A DNA stretch of 64,000 nt from Dehalococcoidia bacterium. GTDB lineage: Bacteria; Chloroflexota; Dehalococcoidia; Lucifugimonadales; UBA3495. This document shows positions 28,092 to 35,871 of this stretch, piece by piece; position 1 is the first letter of the stretch, and every line of letters starts with the position of its first letter. The position numbers were made by a program, and so were the translations under genes. Below the pieces are notes generated by a model. That model made no database searches and was not told the origin of the DNA. It was given only the letters and a program-made list of their open reading frames with translations. The DNA lies in assembly GCA_963664375.1 (NCBI GenBank), contig OY761449.1, positions 1,867,087-1,931,086 of the forward strand. Direction: 5' to 3'.

Positions 28092-28128
28092 CGCCCCCAC
28101 CCTAACCCTCCCCCTCCGGGGGAGGGAA
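28092..28128 (-). repeat. REP-A copy 10
   Basis: CGCCCCCACCCTAACCCTCCCCC-TCC-GGGGGAGGGAA. Confidence 0.9.
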
Positions 28129-28164
28129 CTCATTTAATACCCTCTTAGAAACTATCTCAAAAGT

Positions 28165-28204
28165 CCCCTCCCCCTTGAGGGGGAGGGTTAGGGTGGGGGT
28201 GAAA
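28165..28204 (+). repeat. REP-A copy 11 (in 92-bp unit 1)
   Basis: CCCCTCCCCC-TTGA-GGGGGAGGG-TTAGGGTGGGGGTGAAAA. Confidence 0.9.
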
Positions 28205-28256
28205 AGGTAAGGCGGAGTCATCTCCAAGCGCATCCCGGAATTTCGCTCTCAAAAGT

Positions 28257-28296
28257 CCCCTCCCCCTTGAGGGGGAGGGTTAGGGTGGGGGTGAAA
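28257..28296 (+). repeat. REP-A copy 12 (in 92-bp unit 2)
   Basis: Identical core to copy 11. Confidence 0.9.
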
Positions 28297-28393
28297 AGGT
28301 AAGGCGGAGTCATTTCCAAGTGCATCCCGGAATTTCGCTTGTGGTTTTGAGATAGTTTCTTAGCTCAGCCAACCCAGCAGGTGTGCGACAAAT

Positions 28394-28582
28394 GGTATTC
28401 TCGGCGTGTGTTGGTATTGGACGCGATTTGTCTGCTTGGCCTCGCCGCGTAGGGGCGCACTCCCGAGCACGTCGAGGGACGGGCGCCCGTGTCTGCGCAG
28501 GAGAGAATTGTGCCGGAACCGGGGGCCAGGGCGCACGGCTGTGCGCCCCTACATGGGAATACCTACACACGTTGAGAATACC
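28394..28582. repeat. about 190-bp imperfect long inverted repeat enclosing REP-C-like units
   Basis: Outer arms are GGTATTCTCGGCGTGTGTTGGTATT (28394-28418) and GAATACCTACACACGTTGAGAATACC (28557-28582). Inner arms are GTAGGGGCGCAC (28449-28460) and GTGCGCCCCTAC (28541-28552). Confidence 0.65.
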
Positions 28583-28652
28583 CGACAAATGGCTAATGGC
28601 AACAAAAAGCAATCCGGAATGGCATCGGTTGTTCTTGCGAATACCAGGGAGA

Positions 28653-28689
28653 CGCCCTCACCCTAACCCTCTCCCGGAGGGAGAGGGGA
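28653..28689 (-). repeat. REP-A copy 13
   Basis: CGCCCTCACCCTAACCCTCTCCC-GGAG-GGAGAGGGGA, 3' of hpf in sense orientation. Confidence 0.9.
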
Positions 28690-28707
28690 TTTGTGACACG
28701 CCAACTT

Positions 28708-28736
28708 AAAGGGCCGGTCAACTTGACCGGCCCTTT
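28708..28736 (-). terminator. probable intrinsic terminator of hpf
   Basis: AAAGGGCCGGTCAA-C-TTGACCGGCCCTTT is a near-perfect 14-bp palindrome, 32 nt after the hpf stop. A UUUAAGUU run follows on the minus-strand transcript. Confidence 0.6.
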
Positions 28737-28767
28737 CTAGGTCAGCCGGAATCGCCGCGCCGCCGAC

Positions 28768-29355
28768 TCACGCCTCGGCGGGCTGAATCATGCCGAAGTT
28801 GTCGTCGCCGCGGCGGTATAGGACGCTGTAGCGGTTGGTGTCGGCGTCGAGGAACATGTAGAAGTCGTGGTCGAGGTACTGCATTTGCAGCGCCGCCTCC
28901 TCCACCGGCATCGGCTCCATGTTGAACCGCTTGATGCGCACCAGATCGCCCATGGGAGCCAGCGCCTCAGCGTCCCCGCTGGCGGAATCGGGCTCGACGG
29001 CGGCAAGCTCCGCGACCACGGCGTCCGCGTCGGGCGCGTTCCTGGACTGGCGCTCGCTGCGGTAGGTATGGGCCTTCCAGCGGTTCAACTGGCGGTCCAG
29101 CGCGTCGACCGTGGCGTTTACGGCGGCCCTTGCGCTGCCCGCCCGGCGCTGGGCGCGCAGCAGGTCGCCGCCCACGTTCAGCGACACCTGCACCACCACT
29201 CGGTCCTGCTGCGAGCGGGTGGACTCCGAGGCCATCTCCACCTCGGCGCGCGTGATGGCGGGCAGGTGGCGGTCCAGGGAGGCCAGCTTGGCGGTCACGT
29301 GCTCCCTGACCGAGCGGGTGATCTCGATATTCCGCCCCTGTATGTTAAGGTCCAT
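28768..29355 (-). CDS. hpf: ribosome hibernation-promoting factor, long form
   Basis: MDLNIQGRNIEITRSVREHV N-domain and C-terminal dimerisation domain (VRIKRFNMEPMPVEEAALQMQYLDHDFYMFLD). GGAGGT RBS before ATG 29355. Confidence 0.85.
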   Translation of the reverse strand: MDLNIQGRNIEITRSVREHVTAKLASLDRHLPAITRAEVEMASESTRSQQDRVVVQVSLNVGGDLLRAQRRAGSARAAVNATVDALDRQLNRWKAHTYRSERQSRNAPDADAVVAELAAVEPDSASGDAEALAPMGDLVRIKRFNMEPMPVEEAALQMQYLDHDFYMFLDADTNRYSVLYRRGDDNFGMIQPAEA

Positions 29356-29505
29356 TTTGCACCTCCCTCGTCCCGCTCCGGCATCCGGAGCTGGCTTGAG
29401 ATTCGCTTCCCGGAAGGGCGCGATGATAACACAATCTATCACGTTTGCGGCACGATTGAATACGGGCGGGCATTCCATACGCGCCTTGCGGCTGGGCCAT
29501 TCAAC

Positions 29506-29535
29506 CCCGTCATTCCGGCGAAAGCCGGAATCCAG
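29506..29535 (+). repeat. REP-B hairpin (CGGC/GCCG stem variant)
   Basis: CCCCGTCATTCCGGC-GAAA-GCCGGAATCCAG. Confidence 0.8.
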
Positions 29536-29568
29536 ACAGCGCCCCCGTCAAGAGAGCATCCGGCTAAT

Positions 29569-29606
29569 CCCCTCCCCCTCAGGGGGAGGGTTAGGGTGGG
29601 GGTGAA
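29569..29606 (+). repeat. REP-A copy 14
   Basis: CCCCTCCCCC-TCA-GGGGGAGGG-TTAGGGTGGGGGTGAA. Confidence 0.9.
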
Positions 29607-29696
29607 ATCCTCACATCAGACACCGTATCCAACTGCGCAACTCCTGTCAGGATTTACAGGATGTTCTCTAACCCTGTTCGCCCTCCAAGGTAGTTT

Positions 29697-31373
29697 CTAC
29701 ACCAACCCCGGCTGCGCCCCCGCGCTCTGCCGCCGCCGTTGCGCCCGCTGGAAGGTGCCCTCCGGCGCAACCCGCGGGTAGTCGGCCCGCCCGCCGTTCA
29801 GCAGCTCCCCGATGGTCAGTATCTGGACGCGGGGATAGTGGCTGTCGGGGTAGTGTTCCGGCGTGTAGAACCCGGCGGACGTTGCCTCAGACCGCATGCT
29901 GGCGGTGGGCGGCTCCAGGGTGATGAACAGCCCGATTTCCGCTTTCTCGCGCTCCATGTCGCCCTTCAGCGTGGCTATCTGGTTGCGGGTTACGCGGCCG
30001 CTCTTGACCTGCGCCACGATGCGTTTGGCCTTGCCGCTGTTGTCGTCGAAGAAGTTGATGTACCCGTCCACGCCGGAGTCCGCGCCCTTTTTCCGGTCAC
30101 GGGCCGGGCGGGCGTCAACCAGCCCCAGCGCCCACCATTCGAACTGGTACCGCCCGTCGTGTTCGCTTTCCAGGGCCAGCGCCCGGGCGCTTTCCACGTC
30201 CTGGGGCTGTCCGATGACATCGTAGGGCTTGAGGTCGTCCTTAAAGCTGTCTTGAAGGCGATGCCGCATCAAGGTAACGGCCAGATGGGTTATATCTATG
30301 CCGATCCAGCGACGGTTAAGCCGCTCGGCGGCGGCGATGGCAGTGCCGCAGCCGCAGAACGGGTCCAGCACCACGTCGCCCTCGTCGCTGCTGGCGTTGA
30401 TGATGCGCTCCAGCAACGCTTCGGGCTTTTGCGTGGGGTAGTCAAGGCGCTCCGATGACGTGTTGGGAATCCGGGAAATATCAGTCCATACGTTCTGGAG
30501 CGCTTTTCCGGCGGACTCATCCAAGTACACTTTCAACCCGTCGAGACGAGGCGTGCCGTCGCGTTTCGTATGTATTCTGCCCTCGGCCCACCATTCCTCC
30601 AGTTGCTCCACCCGGTAGCCCCAACCCCGCGATGCGCCGGGCATTGTTCCCCGCCACTCGAATTTGCCGGAATCACTGTTTGGCCGGGGCGCCGTCAAGT
30701 CGTCAAGTCGGTACAGACGCCCCTCGCTGTCGGGGCGGTAGCGTTTCAGTTGCTTCTCACTGAATTTGTCCCCGGTATCAGCATAGACGTGATAGCCGCC
30801 TTTCCAGATGTAGTTTTCGGTTTTGGAATAGAAAAGGATTATATCGGCCACATTCCCGTAGCGTTCTGCGGTATTGTGGCTTTCCGTCCGTTGCCATGTA
30901 ATTTCGTTCCGGTAGTTTGCTGTGCCAAAAACCGAGTCCAAGAGCAGCTTGAGGTAGTGGCTGGCGGTGGGGTCGCAGTGGAGATAGATGCTGCCGGTGT
31001 CCTTGAGGACGCGGTGCATCTCCACCATGCGCTGCGCCATCATGGTAAGGTAGGCCATCATGTCGTTGTCGCCAAGGAACGAGTACATCGCCTGGAGCAG
31101 GTCGGACAGTTTCCTGGGGCCGTTGGCTGCCACGTCCTCGTAGGCCAGGCGGGAACCCACGTCCCAGTGCCAGGTATCCTCGAAGGCGGTGATCTGGGCC
31201 GCCGATTGCTCCCCGCTGCGTTCCTGGAACAGCACGTTGTAGTTGGCGTTGGAATTGAACGGCGGATCGAGGTAGATGAGGTCAACGCTGCCGTCCGGGA
31301 TGTAATCCCGGTTGCGCAGTATGTCCAGGTTGTCGCCGAAGTAGAGCTTGTTCTTCCAGTCTGGCGTGGTCAT
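29697..31373 (-). CDS. beta-class N6/N4 DNA methyltransferase fused to a C-terminal Mrr-like PD-(D/E)xK nuclease domain
   Basis: Motif IV DLIYLDPPFNSN is N-terminal to motif I VLDPFCGCGTAIAAAERLNRRWIGIDI. The C-terminal GADSGVDGYINF...IVAQVKSGR resembles the Mrr catalytic core. Confidence 0.8.
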   Translation of the reverse strand: MTTPDWKNKLYFGDNLDILRNRDYIPDGSVDLIYLDPPFNSNANYNVLFQERSGEQSAAQITAFEDTWHWDVGSRLAYEDVAANGPRKLSDLLQAMYSFLGDNDMMAYLTMMAQRMVEMHRVLKDTGSIYLHCDPTASHYLKLLLDSVFGTANYRNEITWQRTESHNTAERYGNVADIILFYSKTENYIWKGGYHVYADTGDKFSEKQLKRYRPDSEGRLYRLDDLTAPRPNSDSGKFEWRGTMPGASRGWGYRVEQLEEWWAEGRIHTKRDGTPRLDGLKVYLDESAGKALQNVWTDISRIPNTSSERLDYPTQKPEALLERIINASSDEGDVVLDPFCGCGTAIAAAERLNRRWIGIDITHLAVTLMRHRLQDSFKDDLKPYDVIGQPQDVESARALALESEHDGRYQFEWWALGLVDARPARDRKKGADSGVDGYINFFDDNSGKAKRIVAQVKSGRVTRNQIATLKGDMEREKAEIGLFITLEPPTASMRSEATSAGFYTPEHYPDSHYPRVQILTIGELLNGGRADYPRVAPEGTFQRAQRRRQSAGAQPGLV

Positions 31374-31477
31374 AGCGGCCTTCCCGTGAGTGCTGCCGTG
31401 ATTCTGGCACGGAACCGCCCGGAATATCCAGCGCCCAGCGTCACCAATCGGCAAGATTGCAAGAGGGCGTCCCCAGT

Positions 31478-31512
31478 CCCCTCTCCCCCGGGGGAGGGCC
31501 AGGGTGGGGGCG
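31478..31512 (+). repeat. REP-A copy 15
   Basis: CCCCTCTCCCCC-GGGGGAGGG-CCAGGGTGGGGGCG. Confidence 0.85.
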
Positions 31513-31590
31513 TCCTCTCACCTGCTCCGAGAGGCGGGCATTCTCCCATGACCCGGCACGCGGCCCCGGAGTCCGCCCGCGCCTTGACAA

Positions 31591-31624
31591 GAGAAAAGGA
31601 GCCGCAGCGGAAAGCTGCGGCTCC
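31591..31624 (-). terminator. probable intrinsic terminator after tRNA-Leu
   Basis: GGAGCCGCAGC-GGAAA-GCTGCGGCTCC is a perfect 11-bp stem. The minus-strand transcript continues UUUUCUC. It lies 27 nt beyond the tRNA 3' end. Confidence 0.7.
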
Positions 31625-31650
31625 TATCGTTCGGCCTTGAGGAAGGATTC

Positions 31651-31736
31651 TGGTGCCGAAGGTCAGATTCGAACTGACACGGGGCTGCCCCCACCGGTTT
31701 TTGAGACCGGCGCGTCTACCATTTCGCCACTTCGGC
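31651..31736 (-). tRNA. tRNA-Leu(CAA), 86 nt with long variable arm and encoded CCA
   Basis: The reverse complement folds manually. Acceptor GCCGAAG/CTTCGGC, anticodon stem CCGGT/ACCGG with loop CTCAAAA, variable arm GGGGGCAGCCCC, T arm GTCAG-TTCGAAT-CTGAC, 3' ACCA. Confidence 0.85.
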
Positions 31737-31909
31737 CTGGATACGAATTCCCCTGCTTTCAGCCCCGAAACACCGTCCCGCAAACGGAGCGGCCGGGCCG
31801 TCCGCCGGGAGCTTGCCAATTCAAGGCAGGGAACCTGCAACCATTATAACACCGGCTGCCCTTGGCTAGTAACGGGCACCCTTCGGCATGGCAGGGCCGT
31901 TTAATAGTT

Positions 31910-31944
31910 CCCTCTCCCTCCGGGAGAGGGTTAGGGTGAGGGCG
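31910..31944 (+). repeat. REP-A copy 16
   Basis: CCCTCTCCC-TCCG-GGAGAGGG-TTAGGGTGAGGGCG. Confidence 0.9.
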
Positions 31945-32090
31945 CTCCCCTTTCAGAAGCCAGGCTGCTGAAACACAGAATATCGCCTCCATCTCCGCCT
32001 CCCTACGTCCTGCCAACTCTGCGCCAGGTTTGACAGTTCCGGCTGCCCCTATCTACACTCTACCGCAACTCTTGGCGGCACATTTGGAAG

Positions 32091-32903
32091 GTGGTTGCGG
32101 CGATGAATGAAAACCGGGTGAAACGGGTCATGCGGGAAGGCGGCCTGGCCATCGTCAGTCACGTCGGGTTCGCCGACCCGGCGGTCGTGGAAATCATAGC
32201 GGCCGCAGGATTCGACGGCGCGTTCATCGACATGGAGCACTCGGCTTTCGACATTGGCACGGTGGGCGAGATGATTCGGGTGGCCGACCTGTGCGGCGTC
32301 ACCCCCATCGTCCGCGTTCCCGAGAACAATCCCAAGACCATCCTCCGCATCCTGGACGCGGGGGCGCAGGGCATCCAGGTGCCCCACATTGAGGGCGTCG
32401 AAGGGGCCAGGCGCGCCGTCGCCGCCGTCCGTTACCCGCCGGAGGGCGAGCGCGGCGGCGCGGGCAGCACCCGGGCCGCCGGTTACGGGGCCGTGCCCTG
32501 GCAGGAGCACATGCGCACGTCCAACGAGGAAATCCTGCTGATTATCATGACCGAAGACCAGCGGGGCCTGGACGAACTGGAGGAGATCGCGGCGCTGGAT
32601 GGCGTTGACCTGATTTCCCTGGGGCCGACGGACATTTCCACGGCGCTGGGGATGACCGACCCCAACGACCCCAGGCTGCGGCAGACATTCGTGGACCTGG
32701 CCGCCCGGATAAACGCCGTCGGCAAGGCCAAAGTCTACATTCCCGTCAACCACGCCGCCCTGCGCCTGTCGCCGCAGGAGTTGCTGGAGATGGGCGTGAA
32801 CTACACCTCCGTTGCGCCCGCCCCGCAGACCATCGTGCTGAACGCGCTGCGCGACTCCGCGGCCCGCATCCGCGAGGAGACTTCCCGGACTGCCGCCGCC
32901 TAG
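32091..32903 (+). CDS. HpcH/HpaI family aldolase
   Basis: GFDGAFIDMEHSAFD, VRVPENNP, AGAQGIQVPHIE and ISLGPTDIS motifs. ATG 32103 is an alternative start. Confidence 0.8.
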   Translation: MVAAMNENRVKRVMREGGLAIVSHVGFADPAVVEIIAAAGFDGAFIDMEHSAFDIGTVGEMIRVADLCGVTPIVRVPENNPKTILRILDAGAQGIQVPHIEGVEGARRAVAAVRYPPEGERGGAGSTRAAGYGAVPWQEHMRTSNEEILLIIMTEDQRGLDELEEIAALDGVDLISLGPTDISTALGMTDPNDPRLRQTFVDLAARINAVGKAKVYIPVNHAALRLSPQELLEMGVNYTSVAPAPQTIVLNALRDSAARIREETSRTAAA

Positions 32904-32959
32904 TGCGATACGCTCACGCGCAGCCCTTACCCGGAAACGGCCGGGGCCTTGCAATGGTT

Positions 32960-32994
32960 CCCTCTCCCTCCGGGGGAGGGTTAGGGTGGGGGCG
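32960..32994 (+). repeat. REP-A copy 17
   Basis: CCCTCTCCC-TCC-GGGGGAGGG-TTAGGGTGGGGGCG, after the aldolase stop. Confidence 0.9.
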
Positions 32995-33071
32995 CACCCC
33001 GATGTACGCAAAATTGCCGATACCCGCGATTTCACCCTCTCGCTCAAGGGAGAAGGAGAATTAAAAGGCCC

Positions 33072-34226
33072 TTGGAAATCAGCAACTCCATCACTCAGCA
33101 AGGAGAACCGGGCATAGCTACTCAAGAACTTGTACGCGGGATTCCGACCGTTGCCGAAAACCGGCAGTTCGTCGCGGCGGCGGTCGAGGAGTCCCACCGA
33201 AACCCCGAAAGCAAGGAATACCTGCATCTGCGTCGGCTGGTCGCCGGGCAAGGACTGCTGGACCGGCAGTACCTGTACTATGCCGTCAAGGTGCCGGGCA
33301 CGCTGGCGGCGCTGGCCGTTGGCATCGCGGTTCTGGTGATCTTCGACCAGTTCTGGGTACAGGTGTTGAATGCCGTGTTCCTGGCCGTAGTGTTTGCCCA
33401 GTTCGGGTTCATCGGCCACGATTCGGGACACCGGCAGATATTCCATTCGGCGTTCAGGAACGACCTGGTGATGATGCTGGCCGGTCTGGTCACCGGAATG
33501 ACACCAAGCTGGTGGCAGGACAAGCACAACACCCACCACCGCAATCCCAACCAGCTTGACCTTGACGGCGACATCGAGGTATCGGTCTTCGCCTTCACCG
33601 AGGAGCAGGCCCTCAAGACCAAGTGGCCGCTGCGTCCCTTGGTCAAGTACCAAGCCTTTCTCTTCTACCCGATACTGCTCTTGACCTCCCTCAGCCTGCT
33701 GGGCGGCGGCCTGGCCTACTTGGTGCGGAGGGAGAAGGTACGGTACCCGCTGGCCGAGTTGGCGGTGGTTCTGGCTGGTATCGGCCTCTACGCGGGCCTG
33801 CTATTCGCGTTCCTTCCTGCCTGGCAGGCCGTGGTTTTCATAGTGGTACACCGGGCGCTGGCTGGCCTGTACATGGGGTCTGTGTTCGCGCCGAACCACA
33901 AGGGCATGCCGGTGCTGGAGCCGGGGACAAAGCTGGACTACCTGCGCCAGCAGGTGTTGACCGCCCGCGACGTGATACCCAACCCGGTTATCGACTTCGC
34001 CTACGGCGGACTCAACTACCAGATCGAGCATCACCTGTTTCCCAACATGCCGCGCAACCGCCTGAAGAAAGCGCGAGAGGTCGTAAAGGCATTCTGCCTG
34101 GAACGGGGCATCCCCTACCACGAGACCGGGTTCTGGCGCTCCCACCGCGAGATACTGGGCTACATGCACGAAGTGAGCGCCCCCCTTAGGCGGGCGCGGG
34201 AAACCGCAAGCGCCCCGGCCCCGTAG
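33072..34226 (+). CDS. membrane fatty-acid desaturase
   Basis: Three histidine boxes (HDSGH, HNTHHRNPN, QIEHHLFPNMP) and hydrophobic spans. Start is uncertain. Confidence 0.8.
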   Translation: MEISNSITQQGEPGIATQELVRGIPTVAENRQFVAAAVEESHRNPESKEYLHLRRLVAGQGLLDRQYLYYAVKVPGTLAALAVGIAVLVIFDQFWVQVLNAVFLAVVFAQFGFIGHDSGHRQIFHSAFRNDLVMMLAGLVTGMTPSWWQDKHNTHHRNPNQLDLDGDIEVSVFAFTEEQALKTKWPLRPLVKYQAFLFYPILLLTSLSLLGGGLAYLVRREKVRYPLAELAVVLAGIGLYAGLLFAFLPAWQAVVFIVVHRALAGLYMGSVFAPNHKGMPVLEPGTKLDYLRQQVLTARDVIPNPVIDFAYGGLNYQIEHHLFPNMPRNRLKKAREVVKAFCLERGIPYHETGFWRSHREILGYMHEVSAPLRRARETASAPAP

Positions 34227-34241
34227 AGGTGTCTGTCACAT

Positions 34242-34277
34242 CCCCTCTCCCTCCGGGAGAGGGTCAGGGTGAGGGCG
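34242..34277 (+). repeat. REP-A copy 18
   Basis: CCCCTCTCCC-TCCG-GGAGAGGG-TCAGGGTGAGGGCG, 16 nt after the desaturase stop. Confidence 0.9.
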
Positions 34278-34313
34278 TCCCCTTTACGGCGCCAAACTGC
34301 CGACGGGCAGGAT

Positions 34314-34351
34314 TTCACCCCCACCCCAGCCCTCCCCCTCAGGGGGAGGGA
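34314..34351 (-). repeat. REP-A copy 19
   Basis: TTCACCCCCACCCCAGCCCTCCCCC-TCA-GGGGGAGGGA, 3' of the alpha-E gene in sense orientation. Confidence 0.85.
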
Positions 34352-34387
34352 GTAATCGAAAGCCCCCGCGACCGAGAGCAGCGAACC

Positions 34388-34918
34388 TTACTGCTGTTGC
34401 ACGAAGCGGCGGTAAACTTCCTCCTCCGAAAGCGGCCCCGAGTGGAACCAGGACTCCTCGATAGCCGAGTGCAGCCGGTCGAGAGTAGGCAGTACCCGGT
34501 CCATCAGGGCTATGACGCCATCCGCCGAGTCTATGGCATCCCCGCCTCCGTCCACCATATCGACCGCCTCGCCAAGTACCTGCATCACCTCTACCGGAGC
34601 AACGTGCGTCGCGTTGAATCGCGCGGCGACCAGGCAGCCCCGCAGGGAGGCGCTGCTGTCCCGCGTCAGCAGAAGGTCAAGGGCGGTCTCGTCGGGGCTA
34701 ATGGACAGGCCCCGGATCCCGGCAGCCATCCTCAGTACCGTTTCGAGGTCATGCTGTCCGGCCGCGGTGTCCTGCATCGCCGCCCATCGCACCACGCGGG
34801 CGATGGTCTGGGCGCGCTCGATCCAGCGTCCCAGCCACACCAGGTTGTAGACCCTGGAATCGGTGAGCCAGCGGTCTGCGCCGCGGGAGATTGCCCTGGG
34901 ATCAGCCGTGCTTGTCAT
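34388..34918 (-). CDS. alpha-E domain protein (short)
   Basis: LGRWIERAQTIARVV matches the conserved ER motif of alpha-E domains. Last gene of an ATP-grasp/transglutaminase operon. Confidence 0.6.
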   Translation of the reverse strand: MTSTADPRAISRGADRWLTDSRVYNLVWLGRWIERAQTIARVVRWAAMQDTAAGQHDLETVLRMAAGIRGLSISPDETALDLLLTRDSSASLRGCLVAARFNATHVAPVEVMQVLGEAVDMVDGGGDAIDSADGVIALMDRVLPTLDRLHSAIEESWFHSGPLSEEEVYRRFVQQQ

Positions 34919-35871
34919 AAGTCTTTCTCCGGTCTTTCCAGCGAGTAACCGGCGGAGCCGGTCTCATTGTGTACCACGTATGCCTGTTCCAGCAGTTGCA
35001 GGGCGTCGTCCAGCGTGGGCGCAGCGCTGGTCAGCCGCACCTCGGCGATGGCGGCGACATCCACGGCGGCGCCCGTTGAGAGGAATGACCCGGTCACCGG
35101 GGATACGTCGGTGTAGTCCCGCCCCACGCCCAGCTTGACGTAATCGCTGGCGGGCGGGAGTATGACGCCCCTGGTGGGGTCAGCGCCCAGCCACCCCTGT
35201 TCCGGGTGGTAAAACTCCAACCACGAATGGGTCTCGCCCGTCTGGCCGGCAATCAGGCCGCTGGCATAGCGGCTGGGTATTTTCAGCGCGCGCAGCATGC
35301 CGAGGGCCAGGTGGGTCTTGTCCTGGCACACGCCCTGCCCGGCCTCCAGCACCTGATCGGCAGTGGTCGCTACGGTGGTCGTTCCTCTCCGGTAGAGAAT
35401 GTTCCCGTACACCCACTGAACGACACTTTCCACCCCTGGCAGCAGGGAGTCCGCGCCCCCGGCCGCGGCGAATGCCGTCTGCGACACGGTCGCCGGGTCG
35501 ACGAGGGGCGATATGGCCGTATATTCGAAACTCTCCGGCAAGTCCGCGAGGTCAGATATGAGCGCATCCATCCTTGGCGGCGGTTCTTGAGACAGATGCA
35601 CGGTTCCGGCGGCGGCGACGATGAACGTGGTGTGCGGCTGCATCACCCGCAGCCGGTGAACCCGGTTGCCGAACCTGTCGTTGAACTCCACGCCGCGCCC
35701 GCTGGGGATGGACCAGACTTCCGTAGAGGAACCGGACTGCCCTTCGCCGTCGCGCGGAATAATCCGCAGCTGATTGTCGTTGTTGATCACGGGTTCCGAG
35801 TAGCCGTATCTGACCGCATAGATGAATGATGCGGCGACAGTTTCTATCGGACTACCCACGTTGGCTTGCAT
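34915..35871 (-). CDS. transglutaminase-like cysteine protease family protein
   Basis: Bact_transglu_N-like N-terminus plus a TGc core GVCQDKTHLALGMLRALKIPSRYASG...HSWLEFY...DPT (Cys-His-Asp). Confidence 0.8.
   Translation of the reverse strand: MQANVGSPIETVAASFIYAVRYGYSEPVINNDNQLRIIPRDGEGQSGSSTEVWSIPSGRGVEFNDRFGNRVHRLRVMQPHTTFIVAAAGTVHLSQEPPPRMDALISDLADLPESFEYTAISPLVDPATVSQTAFAAAGGADSLLPGVESVVQWVYGNILYRRGTTTVATTADQVLEAGQGVCQDKTHLALGMLRALKIPSRYASGLIAGQTGETHSWLEFYHPEQGWLGADPTRGVILPPASDYVKLGVGRDYTDVSPVTGSFLSTGAAVDVAAIAEVRLTSAAPTLDDALQLLEQAYVVHNETGSAGYSLERPEKDL

Larger units (their letters stand above)
28159..28342 (+). repeat. 2 x 92-bp direct tandem repeat
   Basis: AAAAGTCCCCTCCCCCTTGAGGGGGAGGG...GGAGTCAT(C/T)TCCAAG(C/T)GCATCCCGGAATTTCGCT starts at 28159 and again at 28251, with only a few substitutions. 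Confidence 0.85.
28144..28363. mobile_element. MITE-D copy (220 bp) with an internal 92-bp tandem duplication
   Basis: cTTA-GAAACTATCTCAAAA ... TTTTGAGATAGTTTC-TTAg. Carries REP-A copies 11 and 12. Confidence 0.7.

Noticed and set aside
28092-28296. Possible CRISPR array, suggested by closely spaced palindromic repeats
   Set aside because: Repeat orientation flips, spacing is irregular, and the apparent spacers are themselves duplicated (the 92-bp tandem unit). The same repeat is scattered singly across the whole window. No cas genes are present.
28310-28709. ORFs encoded entirely within repeats (28310..28612, 28383..28709, 37375..37614, 39466..39660, 39491..39808, 45925..46146, 19592..19816, 43742..43936)
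   Set aside because: Their peptides (e.g. PLPLRGRVRVGV, SPSGGGLGWG, VIPAKAGIQ, FDDTP) are frame translations of REP-A/REP-B/MITE sequences and recur wherever the repeat recurs. No RBS or independent coding signal.
29500-31950. Integrated genomic island or prophage remnant at tRNA-Leu carrying the methyltransferase-nuclease gene
   Set aside because: I found no integrase, no direct repeat of the tRNA 3' end, and no obvious compositional shift by eye. Proximity to the tRNA alone is insufficient.
33031-33060. Additional REP-A copy (TTCACCCTCTCGCTCAAGGGAGAAGGAGAA)
   Set aside because: Too degenerate: it has no CACCCTAACCC tail and only weak arms. I did not count it among the 31 copies.
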